Source: Bacteroidales bacterium
GTDB taxonomy: Bacteria > Bacteroidota > Bacteroidia > Bacteroidales > VadinHA17
Assembly: GCA_034002785.1 (NCBI GenBank)
Contig: JAVEZX010000001.1
Span: 2,984-66,983 of the forward strand
DNA length: 64,000 nucleotides
Reading direction: 5' to 3'
Part shown: in pieces, positions 33,488 to 41,789 of the stretch
How the letters are laid out: each line of letters starts with the position of its first letter
Numbering within the stretch: the stretch's first letter is position 1
The notes under the pieces: generated by a model
Database searches by the model: none
Told to the model about the DNA's origin: nothing
The model's input: the letters and a program-made list of their open reading frames with translations, nothing else
Translations under genes and position numbers: made by a program

Positions 33488-34177
33488 TCATCCCAGTTCT
33501 GAAATCTTACTGAGAAAGACATTGTCGATAATTGTGACGTCACGTCCGTGGACACTGATAATGCCTTCGTTTTTGAGTTCTGTTAGCAGCCTTACCGTAT
33601 TCTCCTCTGAGATTGCTGACATTTCTCCCAGTTCTTTCCTTGTCACCGGCAGTCTGAAGCTGTCAGTTCCGTAAAACGAAGCCAGTGAGAGCAGGCTTTC
33701 TGCAATTCTCCCCCTGATGTTTTTCTGATTGAGGCAGATTATCTTTTTCATTATCAGGGCAACTGACTTACCAAATGCCTTATTGAGCCTGAGAAGCACC
33801 TCGTGGTTCTCCAGGTACAGTTCCTTCAGAAGATCGAGCTTTACCATGCAGACCTGTGAATCTTCAATTGCAGTCACGGAATATGTATAATGAATACTCT
33901 CGAAGAATGATAGCAGGCCGATGTATGCAGGGGGCCTCATGAGATACAGTATTATGTTGTGGCCGTTGATGCCTTCAATGTACAGTTTCGCAGTTCCTCC
34001 GGTCAGGTAGATGGCATGGCTGACACTGTCTCCCTGCCTGCAGATCATCTCATGCTTGCGGAATCCTGCCCGGATAATACTTGATTCGGGTACAATTCTC
34101 CCGGACCTCCTGAAGGCATCATGGAGATCACACTTGTTCCTGCATGCCTCACAGGGCATCTTGCCGTTAATCCTCAT
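33488..34177 (-). CDS. Crp/Fnr-family transcription factor of the FNR type (putative Fe-S cluster cysteines)
   Basis: The N-terminal C9-x2-C12-x3-C16 (PCEACRNKCDL), together with C110 in AIEDSQVCMVKLDLL, aligns with E. coli FNR ALETSMVC122EIPFETL. The recognition helix SEENTVRLL keeps the E and R of the FNR E--SR motif (FNR: VETISRLL). Confidence 0.8.
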   Translation of the reverse strand: MRINGKMPCEACRNKCDLHDAFRRSGRIVPESSIIRAGFRKHEMICRQGDSVSHAIYLTGGTAKLYIEGINGHNIILYLMRPPAYIGLLSFFESIHYTYSVTAIEDSQVCMVKLDLLKELYLENHEVLLRLNKAFGKSVALIMKKIICLNQKNIRGRIAESLLSLASFYGTDSFRLPVTRKELGEMSAISEENTVRLLTELKNEGIISVHGRDVTIIDNVFLSKISELG

Positions 34178-34278
34178 TTCCAGCAGGTTAAGACATAGAG
34201 TCGAATCGATTTAACATTACACCTTCTGTAATCCGCGCATCAAGCCGTTAAAAACCGGGTTGTCATTGTCAAATATAG

Positions 34279-34292
34279 TTGATTTATATCAA
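34279..34292. promoter_or_regulatory. Perfect FNR-type box TTGAT-N4-ATCAA in the divergent intergenic region
   Basis: TTGATTTATATCAA is read directly at 34279..34292. This is about 91 bp upstream of ATG 34383 and about 102 bp upstream of the fnr-like start (34177). Confidence 0.65.
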
Positions 34293-34382
34293 TGTTACAT
34301 TGCAAGATTATGCCTGGAATTCCATATTTCAAAATCTCTATTTTAGCTAATCCTTAATGGAATATTAAAAACCCTACACTAC

Positions 34383-35153
34383 ATGGAATCTAGCGATCAG
34401 TACAATTTCAGTATCTTCGCCCCCCGCAACAGACACGGCAGGAAGAACAGGAATGTAATCTTCACCATGCTTGCCATCTGGGCGGTGGCAGTATTCGGTT
34501 TTCAGTTTCTTCTCAGGATAATAGAGAAGCCGACGCCCGAAAAGGCTCTTGGAGTATTTGAATCAGCCTGGCCGGTAGTAACGGGAGGAAATGGGGAGCA
34601 GGCTGATTACAGCGCTGTTCTCAATTCTCTCATTATGGTAAAGGGGAAGATTACTGTTTCGGCAGCTGATCAGAGGGTTCTGGGTGATGCAATAAGTTCC
34701 GTCACCTTCAGAATAGTGCCGGACTCCCTCAGTACAATGGTAATGGAGAAAGTTGGAGAGCTGGAGATGATGCATGAGGAAATCTCCACCTTAAAGGGCA
34801 AACAGTATATGGATCTTAAATACCGTATACAGGACGCAAGCGCCAGCCTGATAGGCATTCTTGAGCCCTTTACAGGATACACGACATCAAGCCTGGAGGC
34901 GCCGATACTTGCAGCAAGTCTTAAAAAGGAATTCCCGGCTTCACTGACTGAGACATCGCTCATACGGCTCCCTGAGATCATGAAACTTTATCTCACTCAT
35001 AACCAGTCGGTGCTTACCGATACGAAATTCCTGGGATTTCCTTTCCATTATTTTTATACCGCCGTCTTTCTGCTGGTACTTTTCGTAGTGCTTTGCATTG
35101 TCTATAACAGGATGATAGAGTGGCGCCTGAGCAAGGAAGGCATTGTTGAATAA
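34383..35153 (+). CDS. DUF4212-like small subunit of an SSS permease, expanded by a ~155-aa insertion between its two TM helices
   Basis: The N-terminal segment NRNVIFTMLAIWAVAVFGFQFLL and the C-terminal segment FLGFPFHYFYTAVFLLVLFVVLCIVYNRMIEW resemble the two halves of ~85-aa DUF4212 proteins. Residues ~50-205 between them have no counterpart that I know of. Confidence 0.6.
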   Translation: MESSDQYNFSIFAPRNRHGRKNRNVIFTMLAIWAVAVFGFQFLLRIIEKPTPEKALGVFESAWPVVTGGNGEQADYSAVLNSLIMVKGKITVSAADQRVLGDAISSVTFRIVPDSLSTMVMEKVGELEMMHEEISTLKGKQYMDLKYRIQDASASLIGILEPFTGYTTSSLEAPILAASLKKEFPASLTETSLIRLPEIMKLYLTHNQSVLTDTKFLGFPFHYFYTAVFLLVLFVVLCIVYNRMIEWRLSKEGIVE

Positions 35154-35171
35154 GTAAATAAGCAGAGCGAG

Positions 35172-36851
35172 ATGAAAAAGTTATACTTCACACTTATATT
35201 ACTCCTGTCGGGAGCAGTTTCAGCCAGTGCACAAAATCTGACCCAGCTCGAAGGAAGTTTCAAGACAGGTCCGGCAATCATACTTATTACTATTCTTGTA
35301 GTATTTGTCCTGGTAGGAATCTTTTTCCGGGCCAAGGATCCAACTGACTATTATGCTGCCGGAAGGAGTATTTCCAAGGTCGGTTCGGGTATGGCAATTG
35401 CCTCAAACTGGATGAGTGCAGCATCAGTCCTGGGCATGGCGGGGATGATGTACGGTTTCGGTTATAACGGGTTGGCTTATGTTGTTGGATGGACCGGAGG
35501 CTATGTTCTTCTGCTGATACTGATGGCTGCCCAGATCAGGAAATACGGTAAGTATACGGCACCTGACTTCATCGGCGACCGTTTCTACTCACGTGATCTC
35601 AGGATCATCAGCGCCATATTCACGATCCTGATATCATTTGCCTACTGCGTCGGGCAGTTCGGAGGCATAGGGCTGATGTTCAAATGGATCCTGGGGCTTA
35701 ACTATACCTGGGCAGTCATCATAGGCTCCTCGGTAGTACTGCTTTATACCCTCATTTCGGGTATGATAGGGGCGACAAAGAACATGCAGATTCAGTATGT
35801 TATCATTGTGATCTCATTTCTTATGCCTGTATTCATTCTGGCGTTCAAGTTTGATTATTTCTGGCTCCTGCCTCAGATCGGGTACGGTGCAGCTGTGACT
35901 GATATTGTACAGGGTATACCCGCACCAAATTTATCTGACGGAGTGGCATTGCTGAATGCGTACGGGCACGATTTCTCAATCGTACCCAGTCCTGAATTTG
36001 CAATGCCCTGGGATCCGTCAACAGGGACAACTTTCTTCCAGTGGATGGCAATCTGTTTTTCCCTGATGGTTGGCACAGCAGGTCTTCCGCACGTGATACA
36101 GAGGTTTTATGTAGTGCCTAAGATTACAGATGCGAGATGGTCGGTTGTATGGGGGCTCTTTTTCATATGCCTGGTCTACTGGACAGCTCCCGCATATGCA
36201 ACATTTGGAAAGATTCTTTCTTCGAATCCTGAGGTGGGGGTGCTTGCAAAGGATGCCATTGTTGTCTACACAGCGCAGCTTGGAGGTGTCAACTCCCTGA
36301 TTGTCGGTCTGCTTGCTGCAGGCGCGGTATCAGCTGCTTTCTCCACCGTCTCAGGGTTGCTCGTGGCAGGTGCCTCTGCCTTCTCGCATGACCTTTATGT
36401 CAAGGTCATCAATCCAGCCTCCACCCCGAAGCAGCAGTTGAAGATAGCCCGCATAGGCACTGTTCTGATGGCCGTGCTGGTAACGATTGTGGCATTAATG
36501 AAACTTGGGCTGATTGCACAGCTGGTCTCCGTAGCGTTCTCGATGGCAGCCTGTACAATTTTTCCGCTGTTTCTCCTCGGCATCTGGTGGAGCGGCTCAA
36601 ATAGGGCAGGCGCAAAGGCCGGACTGCTGGCAGGCAGTCTTGTCACCTTCATCGCGCTGACGTACTTCATTGTGGGCCTCAGTGGTGGCTCTCTTCCCGG
36701 GCAGGCCTTTATCTCTTACTGGCTTAATGTCTGGTATTTTGCATGGTTTGGAGCACCACTGGCGATAGTGGTGAATATTATTGTCTCGAAGCTGACCAAA
36801 CCGACCCCCCTGGAGATTAAAAGATTTCTGGCCGAACAGGTTCATAATTGA
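35172..36851 (+). CDS. Sodium:solute symporter (SSS) family permease, ActP/VC_2705-like
   Basis: 559 aa with about 13-14 TM helices. The SSS N-terminal signature region is YYAAGRSISKVGSGMAIASNWMSAASVLGMAG. It follows a DUF4212-like gene by 18 bp. The N-terminus MKKLYFTLILLLSGAVSASAQN is unusual in looking like a signal peptide. Confidence 0.85.
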   Translation: MKKLYFTLILLLSGAVSASAQNLTQLEGSFKTGPAIILITILVVFVLVGIFFRAKDPTDYYAAGRSISKVGSGMAIASNWMSAASVLGMAGMMYGFGYNGLAYVVGWTGGYVLLLILMAAQIRKYGKYTAPDFIGDRFYSRDLRIISAIFTILISFAYCVGQFGGIGLMFKWILGLNYTWAVIIGSSVVLLYTLISGMIGATKNMQIQYVIIVISFLMPVFILAFKFDYFWLLPQIGYGAAVTDIVQGIPAPNLSDGVALLNAYGHDFSIVPSPEFAMPWDPSTGTTFFQWMAICFSLMVGTAGLPHVIQRFYVVPKITDARWSVVWGLFFICLVYWTAPAYATFGKILSSNPEVGVLAKDAIVVYTAQLGGVNSLIVGLLAAGAVSAAFSTVSGLLVAGASAFSHDLYVKVINPASTPKQQLKIARIGTVLMAVLVTIVALMKLGLIAQLVSVAFSMAACTIFPLFLLGIWWSGSNRAGAKAGLLAGSLVTFIALTYFIVGLSGGSLPGQAFISYWLNVWYFAWFGAPLAIVVNIIVSKLTKPTPLEIKRFLAEQVHN

Positions 36852-37627
36852 TGAGTCTTAACGATCTGACTGTCATATCACCCGGAACCAGGAAATTACT
36901 TGCAATCACTTTATCGGTTGCATCGCTGGCAGTGATCTTTGCTTTCTTCTACTACCGGGGAGTCAACCGGTCAGAAGACCCGCGAGTTGCAAAGGCACAT
37001 GAGTATATGGCGGAATATGACCGTCTGTCTGGCGGCACTGAGAGCGTCTCCCTATTCTACCTGCTCGATTCAGCCGGGAGTATCTACAGGCGGGTACCCG
37101 GTTACGGCTCATCATATGAGACAGGGGTTATTTACAACAACAAGGGCAGCAGCATGCTGCTTAAGGCGTTGTATGACAGCTCGCTGGCCTCAACTGAAAA
37201 GGTCACTCTGCTGGAGCTTTCAGTCAGCTATTGTGACAGCGCTGTTATGGTTTACAGAAACTGGCTTGCACACTGGGACTCTCTTGCTGAAGATGAGGTT
37301 GCAGTGAGGCTGAAGGAGGAGATGAGTGAAAGCGACCCTGCCTTCGCGGGCCTGAATTTCAGGCGTGTTTTCAAAAGGAGAGTCAGGGATATCATGCTTG
37401 CCAGTGTTGAGACTCCACGGAGGCTCTCCGTAAGCTATACCAACAAAGGCATGGCATACCGTCATATGATGATGCCGGATTCCGCACTGGTGTATTATGA
37501 CAAGGCTCTGATACTATGGAAGCACAATCGCACCGCTGAGAGCAACCTGAGTGTGCTCCTTGGAGGAGAACCGGTGAAGCCGGGAATAATTGAATCGTTA
37601 TTTCCTCCTGACAGAAAGAAGAGGTAA
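36848..37627 (+). CDS. Hypothetical single-pass membrane protein with a TPR-like C-terminal motif
   Basis: TM helix LLAITLSVASLAVIFAFFYY. TPR-like segment YTNKGMAYRHMMMPDSALVYYDKALILWKHN. Its start overlaps the permease stop by 4 bp. Confidence 0.5.
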   Translation: MMSLNDLTVISPGTRKLLAITLSVASLAVIFAFFYYRGVNRSEDPRVAKAHEYMAEYDRLSGGTESVSLFYLLDSAGSIYRRVPGYGSSYETGVIYNNKGSSMLLKALYDSSLASTEKVTLLELSVSYCDSAVMVYRNWLAHWDSLAEDEVAVRLKEEMSESDPAFAGLNFRRVFKRRVRDIMLASVETPRRLSVSYTNKGMAYRHMMMPDSALVYYDKALILWKHNRTAESNLSVLLGGEPVKPGIIESLFPPDRKKR

Positions 37628-37685
37628 CCGGCTGACTTTTCTAATGCCGGTATCATGATCAGATATGAACTTAAAACAAACCGAA

Positions 37686-38927
37686 ATGAAAAAGGTATCG
37701 CTTATAATCGTTTCCATTCTTTGCTTCGGGCAGGTTATAGAAGCCCAGGATGAAGACAAGGGGTGGGGAATAAAGTTCTCAGGTTTCGTAAAGACTGACA
37801 TCTTCTATGATACCAGGCAGTCAACCGCTTCAAACGGCCTGAGGGAAGGCCACTTTTACCTCTTTCCTGACAATGTGCTATATGACGATGAGATGAACGA
37901 CCTCAATGCCAATCCGTCGTTTCACATTCTTAATATTCAGACCAGGGTAAGGGGTGATATCTCAGGCCCAGACGCTTTCGGAGCGAAGACTTCGGGAGCC
38001 ATTGAGGCCGAATTCTTCGGAACCGGTGAGAGTGACATCAACGGCTTCAGGCTGAGGCACTCTTATGTAAAGATGGAATGGCCAAAGGTGACGCTTCTTG
38101 CCGGACAATACTGGCATCCGATGTTCCCGGCAGAGAATTTCCCCGGCACGGTGAGCTTCAATACCGGTGCCCCCTTTGTTCCGTTCAGTCGTAATCCACA
38201 GGTCAGGGTTGTTTACACTCCGGGTAAAATGTTAAGCATGACGCTTGCAGCATACTCACAGCGCGACTTCACCTCACCGGGCCCTGACGGTAACAGCAGT
38301 AAATATATCAGGAACAGCGGGATGCCCGGTATGCATCTGCAGCTCAGACTGCCTGTCAGTAATAGTCTGACAGCCTGGGGAGGGGTGGATTATAAGGTTC
38401 TCCGTCCTGAAATCAAGACCCCGGCTAATACTGAGACCTCTGCCACCGTGGGAAGCCTTTCAGCGTTTGCCACACTGAAACTGAAGAGAGGGCCGGTTAA
38501 TTTTTCGGTCATGGGAGTTTATGCAGAGAACGCCGCTGACCTGATGATGATCGGGGGGTATGCATCAGCCGGATATACTGATCCTGTCGTTCAGGAAAGG
38601 GAGTGGACAAACCTGAATACAGCCTCTTTCTGGGCTGATATCAGCACAACCGTAAAGAAGACAAGTCTCGGACTGTTTTCAGGCTACAGCAAGAACCTTG
38701 GATCAAGATTGCCCATTGACGGAGATTTTTATGGCAGGGGAGGTAACATTGATCATCTGTTCAGGCTGTCACCACGGATAACGGTTTCGGAAGACAAGCT
38801 GAGCATTGCGACAGAGCTTGAAAGCACTCTGGCTGCCTATGGCACGACACAGCCCGACGGAAGAGTGACGGATACCGGCAGTGTCACCAACGTGCGTCTG
38901 CTGCTCAGTTTCATCTACCGTTTTTAA
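37686..38927 (+). CDS. Putative outer-membrane beta-barrel porin
   Basis: Signal peptide MKKVSLIIVSILCFGQVIEAQ, alternating beta-strand pattern throughout, and a C-terminal ...LLLSFIYRF (terminal Phe). It is the last gene of the permease operon. Confidence 0.55.
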   Translation: MKKVSLIIVSILCFGQVIEAQDEDKGWGIKFSGFVKTDIFYDTRQSTASNGLREGHFYLFPDNVLYDDEMNDLNANPSFHILNIQTRVRGDISGPDAFGAKTSGAIEAEFFGTGESDINGFRLRHSYVKMEWPKVTLLAGQYWHPMFPAENFPGTVSFNTGAPFVPFSRNPQVRVVYTPGKMLSMTLAAYSQRDFTSPGPDGNSSKYIRNSGMPGMHLQLRLPVSNSLTAWGGVDYKVLRPEIKTPANTETSATVGSLSAFATLKLKRGPVNFSVMGVYAENAADLMMIGGYASAGYTDPVVQEREWTNLNTASFWADISTTVKKTSLGLFSGYSKNLGSRLPIDGDFYGRGGNIDHLFRLSPRITVSEDKLSIATELESTLAAYGTTQPDGRVTDTGSVTNVRLLLSFIYRF

Positions 38928-41785
38928 ATGATCACGGTGTGGAAGTCGTTCCCTGCCTTCAGCATCAGCTCATTAATTTCCTCAATTGCCAGGGCAGCAA
39001 GGTATCGCTTATCGGCCAGCCTGACCCTGAAATCAACACTGTTATCCGGCTCGCGGCCACTGCTGATGCATGCAGCCTGGTGCGTGAGACGGATGAATGA
39101 GAGGTCTTTCCAGGCCCGCAACGACTTCCTGAGAAGGTCATGACTGATATGGTTGCCTTCGTGAAGCCCGAGGATCCTGTCAACAGTTGAATGTACGTCG
39201 AGTCCGTGTTTAAGTGCATACAGACGGATGACTCCCGTAAGTGCCATTAGCAGTCGCTTGATATCTGTTGTCTCTTCAGACAGGACCGAGTGTGAGGGAT
39301 TGAACTGCCTGAGTGCCGAAGACATATGATAAAAGAAAATATCGCTTGCCCGAAGGCTTGTTTTGACGTAATCCCTCAGTTCGCCGCACAGTTTTTCATC
39401 TCCGTAACAGAACCTGAAATCGAAAAAGATTGTGACATCAAGTATCTCGGAAGGCCCTGGTATCCTTATCCAGTCGGAAAAATAACTCTTCCATCTGTCG
39501 AGGGGCTGACACCATTTCGGGTTACCGGCCATATTATTCCCTTTGCAGAGGGTAAACCCGATCATGTCAAGCATGGAGTTGACTCTTTTTCCGAGGTCAA
39601 GGAAATAAACCGATGCCTCATCAAGCCTCTCTCCTGCGAGGTTTTCGAAGATTATAGCATTATCCTGATCCGTAAGGAAGCTTTGTTCCCGGCGTCCGGC
39701 GCTGCCTGTCTGGATAAAGGCGAAGCGGCACGGCGGTTCCCCGACTGCCTCGATGGCGAGAGCAATGACTCTCTGACAGATTGTATCAGCGATGGATGAG
39801 ATATTTAGTGATACTGCATACGCATCGGAATGGCCCTGCATCATGGCGAGGGATGCTCTCCGGCTTGACTGGCAGATCTTTCTGAGTTCTTCGGTGGAGG
39901 TTGCCCCGGCGATTTCCTTCATGATCAGCACAGGGGTCATTGCTGCTGCATGAGCGAGATCACGATATGTGACAATCCCGGTCACCTTGTTTTCCGCACC
40001 GGTAACGAGAAGGCATCCGGAAGAGCTGCTGCTAATCCGGCCGAGTGCAGAGTTTACCGTGGCATCATCCCGGATAAGAAACGGTGGCGAATGCATGAAT
40101 CTGAAGATCTCCGTACCGGGCAGCATTCCCTCCGCAATGCCAAATCCCATCGCTGCTGCATCTGCCGTACCCAATGGTTCCCCGTTGTTGTTAACCACAA
40201 TGATAACATCGGTGTCATTCTCCTTCATCAGGGAGAAGACTCGCTTAACCGGAGTCTCCTCACTGCACGTCACCGGAAGCCTCATGATAGCTGCCACCGG
40301 GGCTTCAGAAATATATGAAGCCCCAAAGTGACCATGCCCTGACAGCGGCAATGACGGTCCTGAAGCTGCCGCAGACAGCAGATCAACCATTCCGTCACAC
40401 CATGTTTCATCCGTTCCGGTATTTACAACGGCGAGGCTAACCAGTGCCCGGAACTCTGTGCCATCTCTTTTCCTCAGAAGGACCTCCTCATTGAATAATT
40501 GATTGCTCTGCTGAAGCATCTGTCTGATATTATCCAACTGCCCTGCATCGGCAAAAAGGGAATTAACATTATGTTTCTGCAGCTCCGGTAAATCATGATA
40601 GCCGAACAGTTCAAGGACCGGATCAGTGGCGTAGATGAATCTTGGGTTTCTCGCATAGGTCAGTCGGAATAAACCTGTGCCGGCACGGTTAAGAATCGAG
40701 ACAGGAATCTGTAAGGCTGAGGCCGGTGCCAGGCTTGTTGCCGGTCGGATAACGATAAGTACGGCATTCCGGTCACCAAGCGTCAGCCTCGAAAAATCAG
40801 CATGACAGTTAATCATGTCGCCTGTTCCTGTTTTAAGCCTGCAATCCGTATATTGTCTTGCAGTAAGCTCGTCATATAGCACTTTATGATTATTTGTGCC
40901 GCTGATTCCATCTGAGACCAAGATATCTGACAATGTGCGGTTCAGAAGCTCTTCCTCGGTCAGCCCTATCCATGATAACAACGTTTTATTGGCCTGCATC
41001 CCACTGTATGACCATATTATCACCCCTTCGGATGCTGCCTCAGCCAGTGTCCTGTACAGTTCCCTGGATTTTCTCAGCTCGTCTTCAGTCCTGCTTCTTT
41101 TCTGTTCTATCTTATGACTCTGCCGTGAAATGGCAATGAGAAGAGCAAGAATCAAGAGTCCGAAAATACCTGATATTGCTACTGCACTGATCTCCATTCT
41201 TCGAATCTCACTTCTGACATCCTCTATATAAATGCCAGTCCCTATAACCCACTCCCATGGTTCAAACAGTCTTACATATGACAGTTTTGGGACAATGCGT
41301 GTGGAATCATCATTCCACTGCCACATATACTCTACATAACTTTCTCCGGTTTCAGCCACGGCATCAACGAACTCGACGAAAATTGCCTTCCCCTTCGAAT
41401 CGTGGAATCCGGTGAGGTCCTGTCCGTTGAGTTCCGGCCTGTAAGGATGGGTTATCATCACTGGCTGTCTGTCAGTGATCCAGAAATAATCCTTGAGATC
41501 CTCTCCGTACCTGATGTTGCTTACGGCTCTCTTTGCCTGTTCCTGTGCCTCAGCCATGTCGGCGGCACCCGCACTCTCAAGTGAGTGGTAGTATTCAAGC
41601 AGGCTGTAAACCGAGGCAGTCATTTCATGAATAAGGTTCCTCTTCCGGTCCATCATTACTTTTTCAAATCCCGGTATCAGGTAGAGGAAGATCATGCCGG
41701 CAAAAAGAATGAATGCCAGCAATGCAGGGAGATCCACCTTAAGCAGGAAGAGCCTTCTTCTTCCTTTCGAAGCCTTCTCTTTCAT
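38924..41785 (-). CDS. Membrane sensor: sCache_2 - TM - 2x PAS-like - CBS pair - DUF294 nucleotidyltransferase - DUF294_C
   Basis: TM1 is LLAFILFAGMIFLYLIP. The sCache_2 pattern is AKRAVSNIRYGEDLKDYFWITD...ITHPYRPELNGQDL...VEYMWQWND..PKLSYVRLFEPWEWVIGTGIYIEDV. TM2 is AVAISGIFGLLILALLIAI. The CBS pair covers ~495-625. The pol-beta NTase motif FIQTGSAGRREQSFLTDQDNAIIF (G-S-x10-D-x-D) lies at nt 39659..39709, followed by a helical C-terminal domain. Confidence 0.8.
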   Translation of the reverse strand: MKEKASKGRRRLFLLKVDLPALLAFILFAGMIFLYLIPGFEKVMMDRKRNLIHEMTASVYSLLEYYHSLESAGAADMAEAQEQAKRAVSNIRYGEDLKDYFWITDRQPVMITHPYRPELNGQDLTGFHDSKGKAIFVEFVDAVAETGESYVEYMWQWNDDSTRIVPKLSYVRLFEPWEWVIGTGIYIEDVRSEIRRMEISAVAISGIFGLLILALLIAISRQSHKIEQKRSRTEDELRKSRELYRTLAEAASEGVIIWSYSGMQANKTLLSWIGLTEEELLNRTLSDILVSDGISGTNNHKVLYDELTARQYTDCRLKTGTGDMINCHADFSRLTLGDRNAVLIVIRPATSLAPASALQIPVSILNRAGTGLFRLTYARNPRFIYATDPVLELFGYHDLPELQKHNVNSLFADAGQLDNIRQMLQQSNQLFNEEVLLRKRDGTEFRALVSLAVVNTGTDETWCDGMVDLLSAAASGPSLPLSGHGHFGASYISEAPVAAIMRLPVTCSEETPVKRVFSLMKENDTDVIIVVNNNGEPLGTADAAAMGFGIAEGMLPGTEIFRFMHSPPFLIRDDATVNSALGRISSSSSGCLLVTGAENKVTGIVTYRDLAHAAAMTPVLIMKEIAGATSTEELRKICQSSRRASLAMMQGHSDAYAVSLNISSIADTICQRVIALAIEAVGEPPCRFAFIQTGSAGRREQSFLTDQDNAIIFENLAGERLDEASVYFLDLGKRVNSMLDMIGFTLCKGNNMAGNPKWCQPLDRWKSYFSDWIRIPGPSEILDVTIFFDFRFCYGDEKLCGELRDYVKTSLRASDIFFYHMSSALRQFNPSHSVLSEETTDIKRLLMALTGVIRLYALKHGLDVHSTVDRILGLHEGNHISHDLLRKSLRAWKDLSFIRLTHQAACISSGREPDNSVDFRVRLADKRYLAALAIEEINELMLKAGNDFHTVII

Positions 41786-41789
41786 GATC

